A DNA stretch of 64,000 bases, filler included, from Basidiobolus ranarum (lineage: Eukaryota), in NCBI GenBank assembly GCA_040143965.1. It is 19 parts of 19 records of this genome, joined end to end, with 100 filler letters (N's around TTAATTAATTAA, not from the genome) between each part and the next. Parts side by side here need not be neighbours in the genome. Positions count along the whole stretch, not along the records: positions 37,295 to 40,574 come from JASJQH010002593.1; positions 40,675 to 43,949 come from JASJQH010002594.1; positions 44,050 to 47,324 come from JASJQH010002595.1; positions 47,425 to 50,698 come from JASJQH010002596.1; 15 more parts are not named here. The stretch is one strand, 5' to 3'. This document shows, in pieces, positions 37,295 to 49,525 of the stretch (positions within the stretch are counted from its first letter, which is position 1; the number at the start of each line of letters is the position of its first letter). The position numbers and the translations under genes were made by a program. Under the pieces are notes generated by a model. It saw nothing but the letters and a program-made list of their open reading frames with translations. It made no database searches and was not told where the DNA came from.

Positions 37295-38560
37295 ACACCC
37301 ACTATATAAGATTGGTATTTTAGGTATATCCCATCAATATCATCAGCTGATTCTGAGATGGTGTCACTCATGAGTCATTAAGGGATTTACAAGATATCTC
37401 AGATAATGGATGGCAATATTGGTTTATTACAAGTTGCTCTTAAGCAAATTCATTATACTAAGTGTGCCATCTGAAAATCTCAATGCCATTCAACAAGCAT
37501 TCAAAATCTAAATCAAAATTGGCTTTCAAGCAACAGCCTGCAGGCAGGCAGGGAAAACAACCATTATGAACAGAGGTCCTAGCTGATGAGCAGTCTAGTG
37601 ATCCAATTTCCTCTTTGGAAGGCATCAACATGCCAGGAACTAACTCAGGTAACAATGAAGCATTAATCAATTTAGCAGATGTGTTCCTTTCTAGCAATAG
37701 TGCAAGTGAAAATGTTACAATCCCCCAATTACATAGTAAATTGTTAGTCAAGCAAAGTTCAACATAAATGCTGTCAAGACCAACAACTTCAAGAATGCCC
37801 ACTTTGCCAAATATTGAACACCCCTCCATATACAATTTGACTAGCAACATTACAATCAGGAAATCTTAGGCAAAACACCACAATGACTTGTATTTGATCA
37901 TAAGTAGAAACTACAAAGTGACTATACAGGCCATGACAAGCAATCATGCATCAATATTGCAATTAAAGCAGCATTCTAAAGCAACTTGGCTTTTACAGGA
38001 AGTGTTATGTATGTACTAATGTCTTCTGATAGCAGCCCAGACACTGCAAAGCATACTGAGTAGTGCCATACTACAAGGATGTATATAAATAGTAAAGGTG
38101 CTTGAAGAGTAGCTTCAAAAATATGAAGGGAAAATACAATGCATGTATGTAAACAGTTGCCTCAGAAAAAAGAACATTCAGCTTGACATTTAGTCTGGTG
38201 TTGACCATGGAGATATTAGGGACAAACTTAATACAGAGTGCTACAATATTGCAGGGTATCCACCAGATAGCTGGACAATTGGTAATTCAGCAATATTAAT
38301 ACAGTGGTGGGCTTTGATGGAGATATTGATACAAACTTAGGTTGAATATGAGCTAAACCTTGGGTATGAAGCACTTTGTAAAAATATTAAGGAGAATGTA
38401 TCAAAGAAATTAGGGATTTTGAAGGTGCAAATTAGCACTCAAGTGGTTAATATGTAAAAATTTGAGATACAATTTTTGAGCATGTGTTGAACCATAGTTC
38501 TTTGAGATTTTAGCCAATCATGTGCAACTTTTTTGCAAGATCTTGAAGTTTCACTCATGA
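37295..38560. mobile_element. CACTA/CMC internal fragments, inverted relative to 14160-14640 and 15500-16220
   Basis: Block similarity, e.g. GGGTATCCACCAGATAGCTGGA and GAGATGGTGTCAC. Confidence 0.7.
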
Positions 38561-39379
38561 CTATAGTATCTACTTCAGGTCAGATAAGACAAACCAAGTT
38601 TTATTAGCCTTATATGTAGATGACCTTATTATAGCAACCAATGACTTGAAGACTTTGGAGAAAACCAGATCCAGCTTATCTGCCAAATTCAAAATGACTG
38701 ATCTTGGTGAACTGACATATTATCTTGGCATCCTAAGTAAGATTGATAGAACTACCAAAACAATCACTTTAAACAAGTCCAACTATGTTTTAGATATACT
38801 AAAGCAGTTTAGGATGGAAGGATGTAATCCAGTATCTACCCCAATGGAGACAAATCTTAACTTGACCCAAAATGACTCAAATTGGATATTTTTGGTTTCA
38901 AATGAAAGCCAAAATTTTCTTAGCAATATATGGTTGTTAGTTTGATATATCATGGTTGCAATATGGCCAGATAATGCATATTATGTGGGAGTTATGTGCC
39001 AATATCTTCAAAATTATGGATCCAATCAAATGATAGCAGTTAAGTGGATTTTTGGATATTTGAAAGGTACTATGGATTTATGCTTAAAATACACATATTC
39101 TGGGTCAAACTTTGATCTGATGGCATATTCAGATGATTATTGGGGAAGAGATATTGATGACAGAAGATTTACAACAGGATGCTTATTTTTTTGGTGTAAT
39201 GGAGCTATCTCTGTGAATTCAAAGAAAAACCTACCATAGCACTTACAACAACAGAAGCCAAATACATGGCTGCCTGTGAAGCAACAAAACAAGTAGTATG
39301 GTTAAGAAAACTCTTAATAGATTTTGGTTTTTCTCAAAATTCCCCAACTACAATATTTCAAGACAATCAAAGTTGTATT
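38560..39379 (+). mobile_element. Copia RT/RNase H fragment
   Basis: LALYVDDLII, KFKMTDLGEL.YYLGI, YSD.YWG.DIDDRR.TTG. Confidence 0.92.
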
Positions 39380-40385
39380 TGTTGAAATTAGCATTGCCTA
39401 AGCACCTATATAGTCATATATAGCTAGCTACAGATTTTTCATATATTTCATTAAGATATCATCCATTATTCTCAATTGGAGTTTACTTAGAATGTTTTTA
39501 GCTACTTAGAAGTTTTCAGACATTAAGATTTTTCAAACTTGTGCTAGAAGCCCCAAACTTTGCACACATGTTCCTGGGGCCTTCCTTAACACATTCTATA
39601 CATCAGTTAGATTACATTTTGACAAAACTAGAAATGTCAACCTTTGACTCAATAAATCAATAAGTGAAAACCATTGATTCCTCTAATTCTCCAAACAACT
39701 TCCAACAGGTCCCCAAATACTTTGACCGGTTACTAGCCCCAAGCTTGCACTCTCTGTAATGTCTACTTCTCAAATTTATGGAACTTTTCCCTCTTCTGAA
39801 AAATTGGATAGAACCAATTATCAAGTTTAGAAAATTAAAATGTAAATGCTGCTGCATGAAAAAGGACTTTGGGACACTATTGTAGGAGAACAAAACAATG
39901 CAAAATTATCTGAAATCAAAGTTTTACTTTGGGTTAAAGAAGAACAAACTGTCTTTAACACAATTTGTCTTAATGTTAAAGGCAAGTTGCTAATAGAATG
40001 TTCAAGAGCTACTACTGCCAAGAAGGTATCAAAAGCCTTGGAAGACATCTACCAGCTAAGTTCTACTACCAACAATATGTTTCTAAGAAGACATTTCTTC
40101 TACTCAAGATGAAGCCAGGAGAAGACATTAATTCAGTAATTAATAGAGTCACTATTTGGTAGATGAAATGGAATGCATTGGAGTACCTACCACTGATCAC
40201 AATATCATAAATTTAGTCCTGAATAGCCTGTCATATCAGTTTCACAGTCTAATAATGGCTCTGGGGTTAAGAACTCAAAATTTGACCTTGAATTATGTAT
40301 TTGGCAGACTTCTGGATGAAGATTTACACAAATTGGGATCCAACCATAAGAATGAAGAAAAAGCTTTAACAGGCATGGGAAACTG
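39380..40385 (+). mobile_element. Copia 5' end nested in the RNase H above: LTR A (39380-39727), PBS GGTTACTAGCCC, degenerate gag
   Basis: TGTTGAAATTAGC...; KLDRTNYQV*KIKM*MLLHEKGLWD; LVLNSL..F.SLI.AL; RLLDE. Confidence 0.88.
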
Positions 40386-40674
40386 TTGGAGGATCTTGAC
40401 AAAATGGGGGTAGACTTTGAGTACTAGAAGCAACTTATGATAGTGTGTTTTAGTTACTTTATTCTTAAGAGTATATGGTGACTTTTTTAGTTGAAAAGAG
40501 AACAATTTTTTGAGATATTCAGGAGTTTGTGTAATAAGATATAACGGATAAGTGGGGATAATAAGACATACTTGNNNNNNNNNNNNNNNNNNNNNNNNNN
40601 NNNNNNNNNNNNNNNNNNTTAATTAATTAANNNNNNNNNNNNNNNNNNNNNNNNNNNNNNNNNNNNNNNNNNNN

Positions 40675-40809
40675 ATTAAGGAGCCTCCATCTAACTTTCA
40701 AAACCCCTGGCAGAATGCAAGCCACCATTAATGTGATGGTTCTCTGATAGTTTTGCAATACCAAATGGTGGATATGATCCAGATCAAATCAATTTTATTT
40801 TAGTCAGGG
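40675..40809 (+). mobile_element. CACTA right-end fragment
   Basis: Matches 6370-6474 and the reverse complement of 45382-45490; ends ...TTAGTCAGGG. Confidence 0.6.
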
Positions 40810-40984
40810 TATATCAGTGAGTCCCAAATTTGGGCCTATATCTGCACAGCTCAATTACATGAGCTGCAGACTGTAAAAGAGGTCCTGAATGTCCCTCACA
40901 CAAAATTTTGGAGATCTGCAATGTCTGATAAGTTCCAGGCTTTGATTGATAATCATGCTTGGATTTTAACCAACATACCTGATG

Positions 40985-42744
40985 ATAGAAAATCAATTGG
41001 CTGCTGATGGGTTTTAACATTAAATACAACTCTGATTGCAATATAGAAAGGTACAAGGCAAGACTAGTAGCCAAAGGCTATTCCCAAACACCAGGAGTAG
41101 ATTATACAGAAACTTTGGCACCTGTAGTAAAGTTTAATTCAATCATACTGATTTTAGCAATTTCAGCTAAACATCAGTATATTATACATCAAATGGATGT
41201 TAAAACTGCTTTTTTGAATGGATAGCTTGCTGAGGAGATCTATATGGACCAGCAAGATTAATTTGTGGACCCAGCAAATCTTAAAAAAGTTTGCATACTC
41301 TGGAAAACACTCTATGGCTCAAAACAATCTCCAACAACTTGGAATAGCAAGATAGATGCTTTTTTGGAAAAACTCATATTCCAAAAGAGTAATGCTGACT
41401 ATAGTATCTACTTCAGGCCAGATGAGGCAAACCCAGTTTTATTAGCCTTATATGTTGAAGATCTTATTATAGCAATCAATGACTTGAAGACTTTGAAGAA
41501 AAACAAATCCAGCATATCTGCTGTATTCAAAATGACTGATCTTGGCAAAATGGCATACTATCTTAGAATCTAAATTAAGACAGATGGAACTACCTAAGCA
41601 ATAACTTTAAACCAGTCCAAGTATATCCTAGATATACTAGAGAAGTTTCAAGAAGAAGAATGTAATCCAGCATGTACCCCAATGGAGATAAATTTTAACT
41701 TGATCAAAAATGGCTCAAATCAGATGTTCATGGATTAAAATGGAAGTCAGAATTTCCTTATCAAACTATGGTTGGTAGTCTGATGTAAAACATGGTTGGA
41801 ACATGGCCAGACATTACATATTCTAAGGGAGTTATGCATCAATATCTTCAAAATCATGGATCTGATCAAATCATAGAAGTTAAGTGGATTTTCAGATATT
41901 TGGAAGGTACTGCAGATCTGTGCTTAAAGTACACTTATTCTGGATCAAACTCTGATCTGATGGGATATTCAGATGCAAATTGGGGAAGAGATGCTGATGA
42001 CAGGAGATCTACAACTGGATACAAATTTCTTTGCTGTAATGGAGCTATTTCTTGTAATTCAAAGAAACAACCTACCATAGGATGTTCAACAACAGAAGCA
42101 GAATACATAGCTGCTAGTAAAGCAACAAAAGAAGCAATATGGTTAAGAAAACTCTTAACAGATTTAGGTTATTCTTAAAAGCCACCAACCACAATATTTC
42201 AAGATGATCAAAGTTGTATCTAATTGGCTAAAAATCTTATACTTCATGATAGAAGCAAACATATAGATATTGGACATCACTGCATTAGAGAGACTAGAGA
42301 ATAAGTTTAATGACTTAGCTCATTGTTCTACAGAAGACATGATTGCTGATATATTAACCAAATCATTAGCAAGACAAAAATTTGAGAAATTTAGACCTTG
42401 CTTAGGATTTGTTTATATGACTATTTAGTTGAGGGAGAGTGTTGAAATTAGCATTGCTTAAGCACCTATATACTCACATATAGTTTAGTATTTAGTCATC
42501 TAATATTTCACCAAAATGTTACCCATTATTCTCATGAGAAATTTACTTAGAAGTTCTCAGATATATAGATTTTTCAAAGAAGCCCCAAACTTTGCACACA
42601 TGTTCCTGGGACCTTCCTTAACACATTCTACACGTTAGTTTGTTTATATCTTGACAAAAGTATAAATGTCAACTCAATGAGTGAAAACCACCAATTTCTC
42701 TAATTCTCCAAACCACTTCCAACAGGCTCCCAAATACTGTAACA
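40985..42744 (+). mobile_element. Copia RT-RNase H, PPT (GAGGGAGAG 42431-42439) and 3' LTR family A (42440-42744)
   Basis: [70 protein letters not shown]...TAACA. Confidence 0.95.
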
Positions 42745-42822
42745 GGAAGAATCACAATTCAGTCATACTTTTCAGGAAGAACCATAATTCAGTCATTCAT
42801 TATAGGAAGAATCATAATTCAG
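42744..42822 (+). repeat. 30-bp tandem repeat x~2.7 (AGGAAGAATCAYAATTCAGT core)
   Basis: Visible repeat units, translating as RKNHNSV three times. Confidence 0.75.
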
Positions 42823-43258
42823 TGGCACGAATTAGCACTTCTTTTTACCTATATAGTAATGAAATAGAGCTTGACACATGATCGCCGATTATTTCGCAAC
42901 ATGCGTTGTAAGGTGGTAAGAAAGAATTCCAAAAGAATTCCAAAATCAGAGTTAACCCTAATCCTCAGGAGTGCAATGAAAAAATAGTCCCTTTAATTGT
43001 ATCTTTTGGATATATTTTCACAATGATGTCCTATTTACATCTTTTTAATGGCTCGTACGTAGAGCTGAACATCTTGAGAATTACATTCTATTACGTAAAA
43101 ATATTGGTCGTAATTGACTTAAAATAATGAATACACTACATGTACATGCATGAACAATCTAGTGACTTTCGTGATTATCCATAAATATATCACAAAAACT
43201 AGAAGATTCTCAATATATTCTTGCACAGTTCACTTCCAGCATTTCTAAATCAATTAAC

Positions 43259-43687
43259 ATGATGGAATTTATTTCCATACTCTCTCTCTTCCCTGCAACC
43301 ACTGTTACTGCAGCTGGGGTCGCTGTAAAGGTTGACCCATCAAACCCACTTATTTTACGAATTTACAGCAAGTGCGAGTATAGCGGCACCGAGAAATCCT
43401 TTCGATTGAAGGACTTTGATACAAATGGTTGCCGTAGTGACTTAACAGATGAGCATATCATGTCTTACAAACTCACTAGTGGTTATGAGATTAGATTTCA
43501 CGGTTTTTATACCTGGCCTGCTGATTTCATTCTCAGTATTACAAATCCGAAGTGCCTGGGCGCGATTAACTCTGAGAGTATTGGTTCCGCTACCATTAGA
43601 AAATCACATGAAAAAACCCTCTGTTTCTGCCATAAGTTGTTATCACCTGCGAGTCAGACCTGGAGCTGGACAGGGCAGTCATTTTAA
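43259..43687 (+). CDS. Putative small secreted protein, possibly beta/gamma-crystallin-like
   Basis: Hydrophobic N-terminus; LRIYSKCEYSG...C...IMSYKL.SGYEIRF pattern; retains CpGs like host genes. Confidence 0.4.
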   Translation: MMEFISILSLFPATTVTAAGVAVKVDPSNPLILRIYSKCEYSGTEKSFRLKDFDTNGCRSDLTDEHIMSYKLTSGYEIRFHGFYTWPADFILSITNPKCLGAINSESIGSATIRKSHEKTLCFCHKLLSPASQTWSWTGQSF

Positions 43688-44049
43688 TATTTTAAGGAGA
43701 GGTTGCAGAAGCACAGATAGGTAGAATATACATTTAATGTCCAGACGATCGAGTAACTCTGGATTTCAGTAATTTCATAATCAACAATGGTTATTGTTCT
43801 CTTGCTGAGAATATATGTGTTAGGATATATATGCTTCAGAGACCGCCAAGATAATTTTAGAAGAGAATTTCATTTTGATAAACAAAATAGAGAAATAATG
43901 AAACTTGTATAATATGATAAAACTTAGAGCCTCGTAAGGGATATTTATANNNNNNNNNNNNNNNNNNNNNNNNNNNNNNNNNNNNNNNNNNNNTTAATTA
44001 ATTAANNNNNNNNNNNNNNNNNNNNNNNNNNNNNNNNNNNNNNNNNNNN

Positions 44050-45365
44050 GGTGCTTACAATCTTGTAAGAATCTAACCAGGAGACCAATGGAAAACTGCC
44101 TTTCAACCTTGCTATGCACACTTTAAATACAATGTCATGCCATTTGGACTTATCAATGCCTCTGTAGTCTTTCAACACATGATGAATGATATCTTGAGAG
44201 AGTCTCTTGACCAGTTTGTGGTAATCTACTTGATGATAACTTGGTCTTCTCAAGCTCTCAAGAAGAACCTAATATTCATGTTCCACAAGTCCTAAAAAAG
44301 TTGAAAACCTCTGGTCTCTATGCCAAACTTGCAAAATGTGAATTTGACCAAGCTCAAGTTGAATTCCTTGATTTAACATCAGCCCATCAGGCATCTATAT
44401 GGACCCTAAGAAGGTTGAATCTGTTCTGTCTTGGGATACTCCCAACAATGTGAAGGATGTCCAATCTTTCCTTGGATTTGCAAACCTTTATCAATGGTTT
44501 GTCAAGAACTACTCCAAAATATCTGCTCCATTGGCAAACCTTATCAAGAAAGAACATCCATTTGACTGGAACCCATCTTATCAACAAGCATTTGTAACTT
44601 CAAAGAATGCTTTTACCTCAGCACCAAGCCTGGCACACCCCAAGCTAGACAAGCAATTTATTGTTGAAACTGATGCATCTGACTTTGCTCTAGGAGCAGT
44701 ACTATCACAGTATGGCAATGACAACATACTGCACCCTGTTGCCTTTTACCCAAGAAATTACCCTGCAGCAGAAATCAACTATGACATCTTGACAAGGAAC
44801 TGTTAGCAATTACTGCTGCATTTCAACAATGGTGGCAATACTTAGATTGAGCAAATCAAACAATCACAGTCTGTTGTGATCATAAGAATCTTCAATATTT
44901 TAGTACAACCAAAGTTCTCAACTGCCACCATGCAAGATGGTCATTATTTCTTGTTAGCTTTGATTTTGGGATTACATATCAACCATGTAGCCTGCATGGA
45001 AAACCTGATGCCTTATCATATAGAGCAGATTATCAGCCTAAAGAAGGGGATGCAGCCTTTGGCCAACAAAATGCATCCTTACTGAAGCCCCACCAACTTC
45101 AAATTATGCCACATGCCAGAAACACCTTCCAGGGCCAATCCTTTGACCCACCCCCAACAATCCAAGTTGAAGAACACCTTGAATATAAAGTTTGCAAATT
45201 TCTAGATTCCAGAATTTATCAACATAAATTGCAATATTTAGTGGACTGGAAGGGATACTCAGCAAATCATCATTCATGGGAGTGAGCAACAAATCTTTAC
45301 AACTCTAACAAACTTTGCCAGGAGTTTCATGAAGCCTACCCAGAAAAACCTGGCCCTATGATGTC
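44050..45365 (+). mobile_element. Degenerate Ty3/gypsy chromovirus: RT, RNase H, integrase core deleted, chromodomain
   Basis: GAYNLVRI, VMPFGL.NA, VVIYL(D)D, VQSFLGFAN.Y, ETDASDFALGAVL; LDSRI...LQYLVDWKGY....SWE...EFH..YPEKPGP. Confidence 0.92.
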
Positions 45366-45381
45366 TGGAAGCCATCACTAA

Positions 45382-46860
45382 CCCTAACAAAAATAAAATT
45401 GATTTGATCTGGATTGGATTCACCCTCGATAAAAGAAAAACCATCAGAGAACTGTCACAATATTGGTGGCTTGCATTCTGCCAGGGATTTTGATGGTGTG
45501 ACAGCAGTTTCTTGACAGTATTTTGATGGTATTGATACATGTTAAAATATTTATCCTCAAATTTGGCATGCATTATTCAATATCTGGCAATTTTTGCAAA
45601 AATATAATGTTTGAATGGCAAATTACTGGGTGTACTGCTGTAGGAATTCGAATTAATATGCATGCCTTTATTTAGTTGTTTAAGGCTTTGTATTCCAGCC
45701 ATAATGAGAATCAAAAAATACAAGAATCTTGTTGTGTTTAGTCTCTACATATGCACATACTTGACTGATTAGACATAACTCAATAACATCAATATGTTTT
45801 ACCAGCAAACTACCAGTGGAAAAATTGCTAAACATCTGAAATTTTGAATAGCACTGACACTTGGCAAAGAGCTGACTTGTGTTACCATTCACAATGAGAA
45901 TAAGCTCCTGGATTTTGGCAAATTTCCGTAAAGAATTCTGCCAATATATCCCCAACTTGCAGTCAACAAATGTCCTGCCACAAGTAGATATGTCATTGTT
46001 GGAATAGATTACCCCATGGCTAAAACAATAATACTGTATATCTTGATCTATCTCACCAAGAAGTCTGTCTTGTGGCTTTCCTAAAAATACTATCAGATTA
46101 TCACACAAGTAAATTAGTCCAATTATAGAGGTACTTACTCCGTGTCCATGGATTGGGTTTTGTTGCTGTTATTGTGCTCAAACAATGCAAAAACCCATGA
46201 GCACATTGAAAAGAGCCCTTTGTTGGCAGGTTAAAATACTCTGGAGTCTCCTTAACCCATTGCATTACATCCATCACTGATTTTGCTGATAAGGTGTTAA
46301 TCAGATTAGCATATGGTAATACTGACAATTTCACATGGAGCATCATTTCACAGCAGGTCTGCTCCATTGGGAACTGCAAGAATGTATAGCAAGGGCCTAT
46401 AATCCCTAAGCATTGTGAAAGATGTAGCAGGGAATGTATTCAATACCAGTATAGATTCAGTCTCTCTTCTTTAGACCTGTAATAAAGTTTTTCATATCCA
46501 ATTACAAAATCTTTGCACAGTTGATATATCTTCCTTAGATCTGCTAATGTGAGTTGAAACTGTAAGAATATAATAACAATAGCAACAAACAACTCCCAAT
46601 GTTGCCAATACTCATCAGGCAGAAATCTTATCAAAATTCTACTTGAATATATACAAATCCAATACTTCCAGTCTTTGCATTCAAAGAAACACCTAGATGA
46701 GTGGATTTTGAAGGGAGTCCTGGTAGAATATGATGGTATCTTGATGTTTTCAAGCTGTTTCCCAATTGATTCAAACTTTGATCCTATGTCAAATGGCTCA
46801 TTCATATTGAATTTTCCACTATATATAGTTAAGTAAGTAGTATCTGAATGTTGTTGAATA
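45382..46860 (-). mobile_element. CACTA/CMC element right part: transposase C-terminus reading toward TIR (CCCTAACAAAAAT at 45382)
   Basis: KDWKYWICIYS...LPDEYWQHWELFV...FV.GYEKLYY...RLNL...IHSLLHL...GP....FPME. Confidence 0.8.
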
Positions 46861-46910
46861 GTAAGTGCATAGTGCCCAATGGGAAGCTCTGGCTCCCGCC
46901 AGTCCCCTTT

Positions 46911-47324
46911 CCCTAACAGAAATTTGAGGATTGTTATCATAGGAAAACCATCACAATTTTAATCCATTTGGGATTGACCATTTACTTACTGTTGTAAAAT
47001 TGTCAAGTTAGATTTGATTTTAATCAATTTTTTCAGTTTCAGGAGTAAAATTTCAAGATCTCACAAAATAGTTGCAAATGATTGGCTAAAATCTCAGAAA
47101 ACTATGTATCAACACATGTGCAAAAAACGTAACTCAAATTTTAGACAATTACCGCTTGAACACTAATTTGTCACCTACAAAATCCCTAGTCTCTTTGATA
47201 TATTCTCCTGAATATTTTTATCCAGTTCTTCATATGCAAGGTTTAGCTCATACCCAACATGAGTTTGTGTCAATATCTCCATCAAAGCCAACCATTGTAT
47301 TAAAGTTGCTGAATCAACATTTTT
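46911..47324. mobile_element. CACTA/CMC left terminus, second copy
   Basis: CCCTAACAGAAATTTGAGGATTGTT..., collinear with 14029-14440. Confidence 0.75.
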
Positions 47325-47424
47325 NNNNNNNNNNNNNNNNNNNNNNNNNNNNNNNNNNNNNNNNNNNNTTAATTAATTAANNNNNNNNNNNNNNNNNNNN
47401 NNNNNNNNNNNNNNNNNNNNNNNN

Positions 47425-47742
47425 TGTTCAAATATAGCTTAGTACTTAGTTATCTTTTATTTCACTAAGAAATTACCCATTATTTTCAGTTGGAATTTAC
47501 TTGGAATATTTACACCAACTTAGAAGTTCTCAGATATATAGATTCTTCAAACTTCTGCTTGAAGACCCAAACCTTGTACACATGTTCCTGGGACCTTTGT
47601 TAACACATTCTACACGTTAGTTTGTTTACTTCTTGTCAAAACTATAAATGTCAACTGAATACTCAATAAATCAATGAGTGAAAACCATCAATTTCTCTAA
47701 TACTCCAAACGACTTCCAACAGGCTCCCAAAATACTTGAACA
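47425..47742 (+). mobile_element. Copia LTR family A (5'-truncated)
   Basis: CACATGTTCCTGGGACC...CAATAAATCAAT...CAACAGGCTCCCAAAATACTTGAACA. Confidence 0.85.
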
Positions 47743-49525
47743 AAAACTCATCACTCTGATTTACTGTTGGATTAAGAGAGTATCTCCAGATGGCTTCCCA
47801 AGCCAATAACTTGGTTATTATCACATTAAAATTCACTATTAATTGGAGTGCAGCAAAACAAACATACATTTCCCTTTGATAACCAAACTCCATACTTGTC
47901 TTTATGTATCAAGACATAAAAGTATCATGATGTATATCTGATATATGCATTTTATATTTTCCCAACTTATGATTGTTCCTGTATTTCACAACTATAACTA
48001 AGTAGTGACAGTATATACAGCAGGACTTCCTTTCCTTGTAGATTTGACACTGTACATACTCAGCTGCAGAATTTACCTACTCATTATCAAGGCACTAATC
48101 TCAGTTTTCTAGGTCATGAAAATCTTATGATTTGAACTGCAACAAATTAGTTGAAAGCCAGCTAAGCAGGTATCTTGGGACATCATCCTATCTGGTAATA
48201 TATCTCGTAAATACATATCTCCATCGAGTCGCACCGTTCTCAAGTTGTCAAAGCTGGTGTGAAACATGCACCAATATTCAATAAAGCCACCCCTTATCAA
48301 AATGACAAGCTTAATATATGTGCCTATTAGTGTCAGCAGACATTCCAACGACCCAAATACCATAAGAACACGGAGTTAAAAGTGAAAAACGGTAAAATTC
48401 GGTGAAAATAGGTTAGAAAATCCATACATCAGGATCAAAAAATAGGCAAAATCCAGGAAACATTCCAATACTTTATTCCAATAGGTTTCTATTGGCCCTT
48501 GGGTACAAGGTGCAAAAAAATGTTATATACAGGTTTTCGAGATTTCTACGCTCAAAATTGAAACTATTTATCAGTTAAAAGAAGCAAGAATTCCCCCATA
48601 GACTGCCTTTTCGAGATAATATAGAGTTTCTGGTACTAATAGGGTGGTTGTGCGGAGATATTGATCCAAAAAGGCGAAGTCGATAGATATTACTTTTGTC
48701 ACCAACACTGCATATTACTTAGGGACATCAAAAAGACCAGGAAAGTAAACAATAGCAGCAGGTACTACGGTACGGGAATGGCTGAAGCTCTTTTTTCTCT
48801 ACAACTTCTGGCTACATTTTCTTCATTACTCCACCTTTGGTAGGTGAGGACAACAAGAACCACACCAATCTGTCCATGACTGTCATCAATTCGGCATTGG
48901 CCTATCTTGAGATAACATAAAAGCTAAGATAAGACACTCCCGCCATTTACTCACACTTGGTTGATAACACTGAGCAGAAAGAACATGACGTCAAGATGAT
49001 GCAATCGACAGTCACATTCTCCATGTCCGTCACGGTTCCAAATTGGTTGTCAAACCTAGCCCAGCATTGAGAAAGCAACTAACTGATTTTAGGATGATAA
49101 GCAGTTAAAAAGGAACTGAGAAATGTTTCCATCGAAGTGGATTCAAGTTGCTAAAATACTCTCGTGTCCGAGCCACCAATAAAATGGCCAATCGGTGCCC
49201 CATGATTCTAATATTGTTGGAAGATTTGCTGTTATAATGACGTCTTTTCAACTGAATCATTGACAAATATAGAAATTAGCGTCACCGGAATATAAATCCC
49301 ATTGTTTATTGAAGATAGAAATCGTCTAATAAATATGCCAAAAGTTCTAGAAGTAATAGGCTATCCTCCAATCAGATATCTGCAAATCATTTGCACACAT
49401 GCGTTGTTGATACTGGGATTATGAATTTATCGAACACTGAGTGTAATTAAGCATTGATCTCTAATATTGTGTATAACTAAACATTGACTATTGGATTTAT
49501 ATAATAATACATAATACATTAAAAT

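Noticed and set aside
46440-46940. The 166-aa ORF as a single genuine protein
   Set aside because: It is chimeric: the first residues come from a CACTA left terminus (46911 onward) fused by chance to a transposase fragment.
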